Shown here in pieces: positions 37,889 to 46,535 of a stretch of 64,000 bases of DNA (its first letter is position 1; each line of letters starts with the position of its first letter). The stretch is from a virus: positions 1 through 64,000 of the IMG/VR virus record IMGVR_UViG_3300037484_000374. One strand, written 5' to 3'. The notes under the pieces are model-generated. The model was given only the letters and a program-made list of their open reading frames with translations. It was not told the DNA's origin and did no database searches. A program made the translations under genes and the position numbers.

Positions 37889-39747
37889 TACTTTTCTTTT
37901 ATCTCTTCTATAATACCAACCAATTCTGGTCTTATGTTAGGGTTATTTAATAGTCTGTTCACAAACATCTCACCTTCGAGAATGGTATTCCTTCCACATG
38001 AAGTGATGGCCTCTGAAATATTCACATTGAAATAACGAGAATATGGTACGGCTGTCACACCGAAACTCGCGTTTATTATCAATTTCAATGAATACTGTAA
38101 AGCATGTTTTTGAATTGACAACAACACAAGATTTGCTTTTTTTTCGGGGTCTTTTTCTTGTTTTGCTTCTTCTTTATATGTGAACTTATTACCCTTTTCA
38201 ACCTTTCTCTTCAAAAATATATTCTTAACAACAGCGGCATAAACACCTGTTGGTTTATTCATGAAAATAGAACCACATGGTGCTATGGCTAGAAGACCAT
38301 GCTCTAATGCCTTGTTGAATTTACTAAGTTTATCACCTTCATAATATTCAAATCCAGTATTTTTAAGAATATGAAATGGGGGAAATTGTTTTTTACGTAC
38401 ATATTGTATAACTATATTGTAGAATGGCCGACCATCCTCGCCTGTTGTATGAACACCTGTCTCTCTTTTAAATTCCTGTAGGTGCTCCTTTGTAAACCCA
38501 ACAACCCTTCCAAAGTATGTCTCAATGCTCATATTCAGAGTTATTATTGCAGTGGGGTAACTAGAGGTAATATCCAAATCAATAACCCATTCATGGAGTC
38601 CCTTGTTAGGTTCCTTTACAAATGCCGCCGGGAAGTATTCTTGAGACCCCCCATTAAATTCAGGGGCACATAGGTTATTTCTCCTGTAGTAGGTTATCAA
38701 CAAACCCTCAACAAGTTGTGTCTGACTACAATAGTTTTTCATTGGGTTTTTACATAAAAGACAAAGTGTTTCTATGAGAAAAATATAAGCCAGCTTCTTT
38801 TCAAGTTCTTGTACAATTCTACTATCGTTTATATTATACTCAACGTATAAGTCATGATTTTCATTATATAAATTACGCAATGTGTCGTAATCACTATAGT
38901 CAAGTTTCGCACCAACCTTCTCAAGCCTTGCAACATAATCGAGTTTGTGATTTTCAAGGTTGTGCTGTGTAAACCATTTATATATACTCATAAAATCAAG
39001 AATGGTAACACCTGCAATATCTATATTCCAATTATCGATATTATCCATTTTCCACATTTTAACCAGACCGATAGGTGATAATTTCTTATATAGTTTGGTA
39101 TTTGTTCCGAACAATTTCTGTGTTCTTCTGATAATATATGGAAGATCAAAGCCCCCCATGGGATTGTTTTTAATATCAGCGCAATAATTCCAGCCTGTCA
39201 TAACGTCACATGGATTTTCTCTCTTCCAAGTAAAATACCTTTCGAGTAAGTCCTTTTCGTCATTACATTTTACATATGTAACATCATCAACGTTTATCGC
39301 TCCACATGGTGTATATTTTTTGCATCCAAATACCTGCACACCTTTTGAATGTGCTATTGATATTAATGTGATTGGCCAAGCTGTTTCGTTGGTATTTGGG
39401 AATTCACCTGTAGAAAAAACTTCAATATCTTCATAGTGAATTTCAAGTTTCGGTGGTTGAATATCTGAATCTTCTATTTCGTAATATCTCTCGGCAAAGA
39501 ATTGAATTACAGGGAGAACCTTGTTTTCGTAACAAGAATTGGTATTCTGAAAATCATTATATGATCTATAAGAATCAAATTCCTTTCTTACAACAGGAGC
39601 ACCATCAATTGTTTTGATAACACTCTTATTGGTTTTCAAATAAACAAAGGGAGCCCACACTACATTGTCATAGAAATTCTCCCCGTTTATCTGTTCCCAG
39701 ACATGAACAATTGAATTTTGGTTGTCATAATATATATTTTTAATCAT
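37888..39747 (-). CDS. gp43: Family B DNA polymerase N-terminal subunit (3'-5' exonuclease, motifs A and B)
   Basis: DIE, TGWN..FDLPY, YNIND, DITSSYP, KLIINASFG; ends without intein. Confidence 0.92.
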   Translation of the reverse strand: MIKNIYYDNQNSIVHVWEQINGENFYDNVVWAPFVYLKTNKSVIKTIDGAPVVRKEFDSYRSYNDFQNTNSCYENKVLPVIQFFAERYYEIEDSDIQPPKLEIHYEDIEVFSTGEFPNTNETAWPITLISIAHSKGVQVFGCKKYTPCGAINVDDVTYVKCNDEKDLLERYFTWKRENPCDVMTGWNYCADIKNNPMGGFDLPYIIRRTQKLFGTNTKLYKKLSPIGLVKMWKMDNIDNWNIDIAGVTILDFMSIYKWFTQHNLENHKLDYVARLEKVGAKLDYSDYDTLRNLYNENHDLYVEYNINDSRIVQELEKKLAYIFLIETLCLLCKNPMKNYCSQTQLVEGLLITYYRRNNLCAPEFNGGSQEYFPAAFVKEPNKGLHEWVIDLDITSSYPTAIITLNMSIETYFGRVVGFTKEHLQEFKRETGVHTTGEDGRPFYNIVIQYVRKKQFPPFHILKNTGFEYYEGDKLSKFNKALEHGLLAIAPCGSIFMNKPTGVYAAVVKNIFLKRKVEKGNKFTYKEEAKQEKDPEKKANLVLLSIQKHALQYSLKLIINASFGVTAVPYSRYFNVNISEAITSCGRNTILEGEMFVNRLLNNPNIRPELVGIIEEIKEK

Positions 39748-39759
39748 AAAATGTTCTCT

Positions 39760-40059
39760 TTATGAGACAGGCCCATCACCACAATCGAATTCATAATCCT
39801 TACTGACTGTAAACTCACCAAGTATATAATGGGCATCTGTCTCTTTTATATCATACTTCTCATGGATTTGTTTGATTTCATGAGTTCTACCACCAATCTC
39901 ATCACAAACGTTATGGGATAGCTCTCTGTCTCTCTCATAAGCACATACAAGGGCTTGTATCGGGTGCATCCAGCCACTATATGTTAAAAACTCACCGGAC
40001 TCATGATGGACATATATTCTACTTGATGGCATCGGTACAAACTTTCTTGAATTTCTCAT
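39760..40059 (-). CDS. Hypothetical protein
   Basis: Coupled ORF. Confidence 0.55.
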   Translation of the reverse strand: MRNSRKFVPMPSSRIYVHHESGEFLTYSGWMHPIQALVCAYERDRELSHNVCDEIGGRTHEIKQIHEKYDIKETDAHYILGEFTVSKDYEFDCGDGPVS

Positions 40060-40382
40060 CTGAATTTACCTCTTAGATACATTTTTGTGTAAATCTTTTC
40101 AATCTCACGGCGCAGTTTATATTCTTCATAAGATTCATCAGCAAGTCTTACTGGTCCTTTAAGGGTTGTAATTGTCATATTCTTGAACCTTTTAAGGAGT
40201 TCCTGTCTATATTCAAGGGCTATATCTTCTGGTGTTTGTATGATGGGGGCCTCGTCTTCCCAAACCATATAACCGTTGGCAATTTCACCATCTACAAGTG
40301 TTTCTATTACTTCATCTTTCAACTCTTCATCCATGCTCGTTATCTCCTGTTTTTTAAATTTCTTCTGGTTGGTATAGATCAC
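40056..40382 (-). CDS. Hypothetical protein
   Basis: R...ESYEEYK.RR motif. Confidence 0.55.
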   Translation of the reverse strand: MIYTNQKKFKKQEITSMDEELKDEVIETLVDGEIANGYMVWEDEAPIIQTPEDIALEYRQELLKRFKNMTITTLKGPVRLADESYEEYKLRREIEKIYTKMYLRGKFR

Positions 40383-40542
40383 AAGGACAATTTTTGCCAG
40401 TACACCAAATACCCCTATCTATATTTTGGAAATGAACACAAATATCCATATCCTCGTGTAATGCTATCCAATCTAACCACCTGACCCCATCATAAAAAAC
40501 TTTATCATATCTTGGTGGGGTTGGTTTTATAAGTTTTATCAT
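40354..40542 (-). CDS. Small Cys-containing hypothetical protein
   Basis: ORF track, same orientation as the operon. Confidence 0.45.
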   Translation of the reverse strand: MIKLIKPTPPRYDKVFYDGVRWLDWIALHEDMDICVHFQNIDRGIWCTGKNCPCDLYQPEEI

Positions 40543-40812
40543 AATTTCTCAATTTGTTATATATATGTATCTAAGTGCCGACCCTTTCCGTATGATATAC
40601 TCTTATTACTTTCAGTGACAGGTACAACTTTAATTCTCTTCTCATAAACAGGAATATCTTTTCGAGGTGTAAACTGTGGGTATGGTGTTATCATTTTTCC
40701 CAACCAACATCTTTCTTGCATTTATCACATTTCATAATGAACCCCCTTTTCACCTATAAAATTGTTTATCTTATGGTGTATTATAACATATACAAATAAG
40801 ATGTCAACATTT

Positions 40813-41550
40813 TTATTCTTCTTTATGGGTGACTATGTAATATTTTTCTGAACCGTCATCCTTTTCGAGAGATAACATACCACCCTTCTGTGCTTCAACC
40901 CACCTGAAAGATACTGTGAATTTATCGGCTTCCTCGGCAACAATTGTCATGAGGGCGTTTATATTCTTGAAATCAAAACACAAACTAACATCCTTATATA
41001 CCACACCAGATAGAGCAAACTTTATACCGTTGGAAAACTTATTGGTTTTATCAGTAGTTTCCATGTGGAACTCGTTATTCTCAACTGAAAAATATACCTT
41101 GTTGAACTTACCCGCGATCTTTCTGATCTTATCATATACTTCGAGGAAAGAATTATCTAGCTTGAATGTATGGAATGTTTCCCCAATACTTTTTGGTTCA
41201 GTGCCATTATAATAAGTTGTGATATGCTGAGAGCAATAGAATATATTTGATTTTTGTCGGCCAGATTTCAAGATTATCTTCTGATCCTTGATATCTATCT
41301 CGGCCATTTCATCATCAATCAGGTCGAGGTATGTTTCAAGATGTTGTTTCGGTTCATTGAAATTCATCTCTACTTCATATGGGATACCACCAATAATATC
41401 ATTCTTGAGATCAACAATGGTGATACAGCCCTGTCCTATCATGGAAGATTTAATGGAATCACCATCTACCATAATCCTTACGTTGGTGATACTGTTGTTT
41501 AGTGTTGCCTTTTGAATAAAGGTCTTGAATTTTTTCACATTTATTTTCAT
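40813..41550 (-). CDS. gp45: Sliding clamp (gp45-like)
   Basis: 245 aa with a two-domain alpha/beta pattern; lies between clamp loader and polymerase. Confidence 0.65.
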   Translation of the reverse strand: MKINVKKFKTFIQKATLNNSITNVRIMVDGDSIKSSMIGQGCITIVDLKNDIIGGIPYEVEMNFNEPKQHLETYLDLIDDEMAEIDIKDQKIILKSGRQKSNIFYCSQHITTYYNGTEPKSIGETFHTFKLDNSFLEVYDKIRKIAGKFNKVYFSVENNEFHMETTDKTNKFSNGIKFALSGVVYKDVSLCFDFKNINALMTIVAEEADKFTVSFRWVEAQKGGMLSLEKDDGSEKYYIVTHKEE

Positions 41551-41627
41551 ACAAATTATCTCCTGTTTTTAATTTTATATAATTATTATACCATTTTATA
41601 ACTGGTTTGTAAACTAATTATACATCT

Positions 41628-41803
41628 ATTAATTCTGATACTTTTTTTCAATATCGGTTCTTAACACATATGTATCTATCTTGTACTCATCGGCTAACTG
41701 TATCACGTGTTTTGAACCACGGCTTAACCCGCTGTATAGTACAGCATAATGAACAATGGGGGTAATATATTACATCTCTGGAACCCGCAATTATTACTCT
41801 CAT
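41628..41803 (-). pseudogene. Internally deleted SLOG/DUF2493-like gene
   Basis: MRVIIAGSRD start joined out of frame to SRGSKHVIQLA. Confidence 0.55.
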
Positions 41804-42029
41804 CCCATAGACCAGAAAACTAGGTGGTTATATATTGCTGGTCTTGTACCAATACTGAATATATCCTTTCAATGGTGGTGTAAGACCACACCCTATTCTC
41901 TCTATAACAGCATAATCATAACTTTCTTCATGCATGTCATCTGCATTGTTTAAAAAAGGTGTGCTGACACTGAGCGAATGATGGATACCAACCAATACAA
42001 TGTTTATCCATAACATCGTTGAGTATAGT

Positions 42030-42374
42030 TCATATTCTCATCAACCTCAAGGCTTCTAGTTTACTTACTTCATGATCTTCCATGAATTGTGCAATGACCT
42101 TTTCCTCTTTTGCACTGTGTTTACCTACTTTTTTAACCCATTTTATATATCTATTACCTCTTGGGACTCGATGAAAGAAATATTTAAAAATCATCTCATC
42201 TGGTAGTGTAAAGACATATGGTGTTATATCCATGACAATATCAATAAGTGAAGAGTCATGGGCAAGCCACATACAAATCATATAGGCGTTACAATCCTTT
42301 TTTGAGTATTTGTAAAACCTTGATTTCATATAGATTGCATTTAGGCAATCGAACATTGGGTTTGATTTGATCAT
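42030..42374 (-). CDS. gp62: Clamp loader small subunit (gp62-like)
   Basis: FDCLNAI...YMI...L...RYIKWVK. Confidence 0.7.
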   Translation of the reverse strand: MIKSNPMFDCLNAIYMKSRFYKYSKKDCNAYMICMWLAHDSSLIDIVMDITPYVFTLPDEMIFKYFFHRVPRGNRYIKWVKKVGKHSAKEEKVIAQFMEDHEVSKLEALRLMRI

Positions 42375-43154
42375 TTATTCCTTTTTATCCCCATCATCGT
42401 CATTTAGTGTTTCTGAATCTTGATATCCCTCAATACTTCTACCGTGATACATGGCCTCTATTTCTTTACAGAGAACATTCTTGACAATGCGAATAATACC
42501 TATTTTCATCTCATCAAGCTGTTCATCTTCTGACAGTCTTTCGATTGTGTTGTTAACAACATTTGATATTTTTTTAAGTTTACCCGCAATAAAAAGTGAT
42601 CTTGCTGATGCATCCACACAATCTGCTATCATTAAAATTGCCGCTTCTGTTGTTTGTGGTTTTACCGACTTGTACCGGTAATGATCCTCAATAGCTGAAC
42701 CTTTACTGATCTCGTTTGCCTTATTATAGAATGGTAAAAGAACAGTATCACCATGATGTTGAGATATAATTTCAATAACCTTTATCGGTACATCTTTTAA
42801 TTGTATCAATTTCATCACAGATTGAGCTACATGCCCTGTGATTATATGGTATGAAAAAAATGGGTCTTTTATCCCATCATGTGGGTTTTTACCTGTTTGG
42901 TTTTCCATATAATAAGATGGGTGGTTCATTTTACCGATATCATGTAGCATGGCCGCTGTTTTTAAAACCATAACATCAAGTTTTAAATCTATTGCAATAG
43001 ACTCGCAAATAGTGGCCACATTCTGACAGTGCTTAAAAGTTCCAGGAGCTATCTCACGGAACCTCTGCATCAGAGTTGATTGTGGGTCTATAAGTTCTAA
43101 CCCAAACGAAGGGTTTACCTTATCTTCTTGTTTTATACCTTTATCTTCACTCAT
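42375..43154 (-). CDS. Stand-alone PgpH/7TM-HD-type HD phosphohydrolase domain
   Basis: APGTFKH, HDIGK, ENQ..NPHD, H, QHHG, RY...PQT.EAAILMIAD. Confidence 0.85.
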   Translation of the reverse strand: MSEDKGIKQEDKVNPSFGLELIDPQSTLMQRFREIAPGTFKHCQNVATICESIAIDLKLDVMVLKTAAMLHDIGKMNHPSYYMENQTGKNPHDGIKDPFFSYHIITGHVAQSVMKLIQLKDVPIKVIEIISQHHGDTVLLPFYNKANEISKGSAIEDHYRYKSVKPQTTEAAILMIADCVDASARSLFIAGKLKKISNVVNNTIERLSEDEQLDEMKIGIIRIVKNVLCKEIEAMYHGRSIEGYQDSETLNDDDGDKKE

Positions 43155-43381
43155 AATGATGTCACCTGCAATTCCTTTTCTCTGATTGTTAGGCGACAGT
43201 GTAAATAATTTATATAATAGGTAACATCTTCTCTACTTCTCTTTCCCCAATCATAGATATAGACATATCGCTCAACATATTGTTTGGCCAACTTTAACTG
43301 ATCAATGTTGGTACAAGAATTTATAACCTTATCACATCTGTCAACCATATCCATTGTTCTTCTCTGTGTTATCCCGCACAT
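43151..43381 (-). CDS. Hypothetical protein (original copy of the duplicated gene)
   Basis: Identical to aa 1-76 of 44304-44567. Confidence 0.65.
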   Translation of the reverse strand: MCGITQRRTMDMVDRCDKVINSCTNIDQLKLAKQYVERYVYIYDWGKRSREDVTYYINYLHCRLTIREKELQVTSL

Positions 43382-43388
43382 ATCAGTT

Positions 43389-44303
43389 TTATATTGCCTT
43401 TTTGGACTTTAATTTAAACACAAAATTCATGAAGTTAATTTCTCTAATAACTCCCCTGCTATCGTTTATGTTCGCTTCCCCTAATTCAAGGATAGCAACC
43501 CAATCATTTTTAAAAACAGTCCCATCATTATTATCAGTGATTAGTTTATATATGTAAGTATATAATCCTGTGTAATTTATAACATTACTTCTAAGAATTC
43601 TCAGGACATTATCTGGATCACCCGACTTTATGGCCTTGACCACATCACCGAATACATCATTTGATGTTGTCCTAATCAATTTTTCTGACAGTTCACCGTT
43701 GATCACATTCTCTTTTAAAGTACCTACTGTGTCACGGATATCTGGATAGCATGTCTTTACGATTTGGGCAATTGATTTTGGGTTGAATTTTATACCCTCG
43801 CTTGTTAAAATCTTTACACAGTGCTTGTAGATTACATCCCCTGGTGGGTTATTGATTTCGATTACTCGGCATCTTGATTTCAACTCAGGCATTATTTTAT
43901 CACTGTAGTTACATGCAAAGATAAAACGAGTTGTTTCGATTACCTTTTCCATGAGGTCACGTAACATGGCCTGTGCCGACTGTGATAAATAATCAGCCTC
44001 GTTGATATACATAACTTTGAGTTCACTATCAAAACCCATCGCTTCTGCAAATGGTTTGATTTTGGAACGAACAATATCTATACCAGTTTCATCTGATCCA
44101 TTTATTCGGCAAAAGGTATTCTGCGAGGAATTTTTGTAGATATCAACAAATGTTCCTTTACCAACCCCAGGAGGCCCAACGAGTATGGTATTTGGTTGTT
44201 CTGCCAAAACCTTCTCTAACTGTGTCCTGACATCATCATTAAGAACCATATCATCTAAGCTGGTCGGATTATGTTTAACTTCCCATACATCTTTGTTTAT
44301 CAT
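43389..44303 (-). CDS. gp44: Clamp loader AAA+ subunit
   Basis: WEVKHNP, GPPGVGK, INGSDE, NEADYL..AQA.LR, SRC. Confidence 0.92.
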   Translation of the reverse strand: MINKDVWEVKHNPTSLDDMVLNDDVRTQLEKVLAEQPNTILVGPPGVGKGTFVDIYKNSSQNTFCRINGSDETGIDIVRSKIKPFAEAMGFDSELKVMYINEADYLSQSAQAMLRDLMEKVIETTRFIFACNYSDKIMPELKSRCRVIEINNPPGDVIYKHCVKILTSEGIKFNPKSIAQIVKTCYPDIRDTVGTLKENVINGELSEKLIRTTSNDVFGDVVKAIKSGDPDNVLRILRSNVINYTGLYTYIYKLITDNNDGTVFKNDWVAILELGEANINDSRGVIREINFMNFVFKLKSKKAI

Positions 44304-44567
44304 TTATTCCCCTCTCTTGTTTTTGTTTATTTTTTTCTTTAGGGATGTCACCTGCAATTCCTTTTCTCTGATTGTTAGGCGACAGTGTAAATAATTTATA
44401 TAATAGGTAACATCTTCTCTACTTCTCTTTCCCCAATCATAGATATAGACATATCGCTCAACATATTGTTTGGCCAACTTTAACTGATCAATGTTGGTAC
44501 AAGAATTTATAACCTTATCACATCTGTCAACCATATCCATTGTTCTTCTCTGTGTTATCCCGCACAT
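44304..44567 (-). CDS. Duplicated hypothetical protein fused to the HU C-terminal tail
   Basis: Ends KKKINKNKRGE, as HU does. Confidence 0.6.
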   Translation of the reverse strand: MCGITQRRTMDMVDRCDKVINSCTNIDQLKLAKQYVERYVYIYDWGKRSREDVTYYINYLHCRLTIREKELQVTSLKKKINKNKRGE

Positions 44568-44860
44568 ATCAGTTTTTCCCCTCTCTTGTTTTTGTTTATT
44601 TTTTTCTTTAGGGATGTTGCCGTTTTGAATATAATGGTATCACGATCAGGAACAGAAAACGTTTCACCAGTTTGTGGATTACGTGCCATTTTTCCTTTTC
44701 GTGTCTTGACCTCAAATCTCCCAAAGTCGATAATAGTTACATTTTCTTTTTGAACATTATCAATTATACATTCAAAGATTATATCAAAACACTCACGGGC
44801 AGACTTTACAGACATACCCACACTTTTTGATAGATGATTAATAATATCTGATTTCTTCAT
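44555..44860 (-). CDS. HU/IHF-family DNA-binding protein
   Basis: FGRFEV..RKG..ARNPQTGE...I.FK. Confidence 0.92.
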   Translation of the reverse strand: MKKSDIINHLSKSVGMSVKSARECFDIIFECIIDNVQKENVTIIDFGRFEVKTRKGKMARNPQTGETFSVPDRDTIIFKTATSLKKKINKNKRGEKLICAG

Positions 44861-44869
44861 ACTAGTATA

Positions 44870-45016
44870 TTATTTCCCTTGCCCTCTGTACTTCTTTGCA
44901 TGTCTGGTATGTGGTGCATTTTTGCTTGTTGGTCTACGGGAAAGTCTGCCACAACCAATTGTTGTTTTTTTCATACTGTGTTTTATGACATCAGAATATA
45001 CTTTTGCTCTTGACAT
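44870..45016 (-). CDS. 48-aa basic protein ending KKYRGQGK
   Basis: MSRAKVYSDVIK...KKYRGQGK with AGGAG RBS; below the ORF-track cutoff. Confidence 0.65.
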   Translation of the reverse strand: MSRAKVYSDVIKHSMKKTTIGCGRLSRRPTSKNAPHTRHAKKYRGQGK

Positions 45017-45261
45017 TTTACTATCTCCTTGTTTTTTATTTTAACAATTCTCTCACACCACATTTTGTGCAAATATAATAATATTTATGGAAACCATACC
45101 GTTTATATCACTAAGTTCAGAAAGAGTATCGTTTGCTTTCTGTAGCTTTTTTTCAAGACACCAAAATACTTTTTATTTTTTCCAATAAACCCACAATTGT
45201 TGGGTCTGTTAATTCCATAATTTTCCTCTATGTAATATAGTTAAACTTAAAATATCATAAT

Positions 45262-45456
45262 TTAATCGGTTTGTAAACCTTGATACTTTTTAATCATAGA
45301 AACAACACAATCATCTTTGTGCTTGAAATCCTCATAAATCCACGTATAACTGCCATTACAAAACCTACAAGTATAGGCAACAACCCCAGATGGACACTTG
45401 GTTTTAATACACCAAATATCTAATATTTTCTCAAATATTTTTTTACAAATTAACAC
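45262..45456 (-). CDS. Small Cys/His hypothetical protein
   Basis: CRFC...HKDDC; promoter and RBS upstream. Confidence 0.55.
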   Translation of the reverse strand: MLICKKIFEKILDIWCIKTKCPSGVVAYTCRFCNGSYTWIYEDFKHKDDCVVSMIKKYQGLQTD

Positions 45457-45586
45457 ATTTCTCCTATATAATAGATATTTTATAATTATTATACCACATT
45501 CTTCGTATAAAGTAAATTAATAATATAAATAATAGTGTAAGACAAATATTAGATATACTGTTATTATAAGATGTTCAAGGAGAATT

Positions 45587-46159
45587 ATGACTGAAAATGA
45601 TAATAAATACGCAGAAGACAAGACCGATCCAGAACTTAATCTATCAGCTTTAGATGAGCTATTTGATACCCTACCAAAAGAAGCACTCACAGAAGAAGAA
45701 TTCCAAAAAAGAGAAATCGAATCCATGAGAAAGGAATTAGATATTCTCCTTAAAGATAATTCAGACCCCGATGATATAATCCACCAAAATATAGAAAGAG
45801 CAAATAGATTACTTGATATTATAGAAACAAATGTGACAAAAGGAAAATCTTCTAACAGAACTTTTGAGGTTGCAGGTCAATTAATCACAGCTGTAACAGC
45901 GGCGGCGGCTTCCATTTCGGGTATGGGATATAATCAACAAGTATTAGACCAGAAATCAAGGGATTTGGAAAGAAAAGAAAAGGAACTTGATTTAAAGAGA
46001 ACAATCAAAACAGCTACAGGTAATCCTGATGAAACCGGTGATGTAAAAAATTTAACACAGAACAATTTAATATTTACTGATAGAGAGAGTTTATTAAGTT
46101 TTATTAATACTTCTAAGGATGAAGAAGCTGAACTTTTTCCTGTAAAGAAATTAACTTAA
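45587..46159 (+). CDS. gp16: Terminase small subunit
   Basis: RTFEVAGQLI...NNLIF; late promoter; upstream of terL. Confidence 0.7.
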   Translation: MTENDNKYAEDKTDPELNLSALDELFDTLPKEALTEEEFQKREIESMRKELDILLKDNSDPDDIIHQNIERANRLLDIIETNVTKGKSSNRTFEVAGQLITAVTAAAASISGMGYNQQVLDQKSRDLERKEKELDLKRTIKTATGNPDETGDVKNLTQNNLIFTDRESLLSFINTSKDEEAELFPVKKLT

Positions 46160-46235
46160 TTAGTATAATGTTTATTTAATAGGAGGTGATTGGATTAATA
46201 ATAGAATTGTTTATAATAGATTTTCTGTCTTATAC

Positions 46236-46330
46236 TTAGTTATTATAAATTTAGTATTTAAGAATTCTATTAAGTAGTTTATTAGTTATTATAAATTTAG
46301 TATTTAAGAATTCTATTAAGTAGTTTATTA
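46236..46330. repeat. 46-bp AT-rich perfect tandem duplication
   Basis: TTAGTTATTATAAATTTAGTATTTAAGAATTCTATTAAGTAGTTTA twice. Confidence 0.9.
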
Positions 46331-46535
46331 TTAACTTTTTCTAGTAGGAATTATTATATGATTTTTTTCACTGATAACATGTATTCTATTTAATCATTTA
46401 CTTAATTATAATATAGTTCCGTTTTCCAATGTTTACATTATAACATATAAAATACAGTTTGTAAACCAGAAAAAAGAATTATTTTTAATTATAGAGAATT
46501 ATTTTTGTTTTACTAATCATAACAAGGAGATATAA

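Larger units (their letters stand above)
43158..44617. repeat. 233-bp identical repeat (43158-43390 / 44344-44576) plus 42-bp repeat (44307-44348 / 44576-44617)
   Basis: Direct sequence comparison. Confidence 0.92.

Noticed and set aside
46236-46330. Tandem repeat as a mini CRISPR array
   Set aside because: The copies are adjacent with no spacer, and no cas genes are present.
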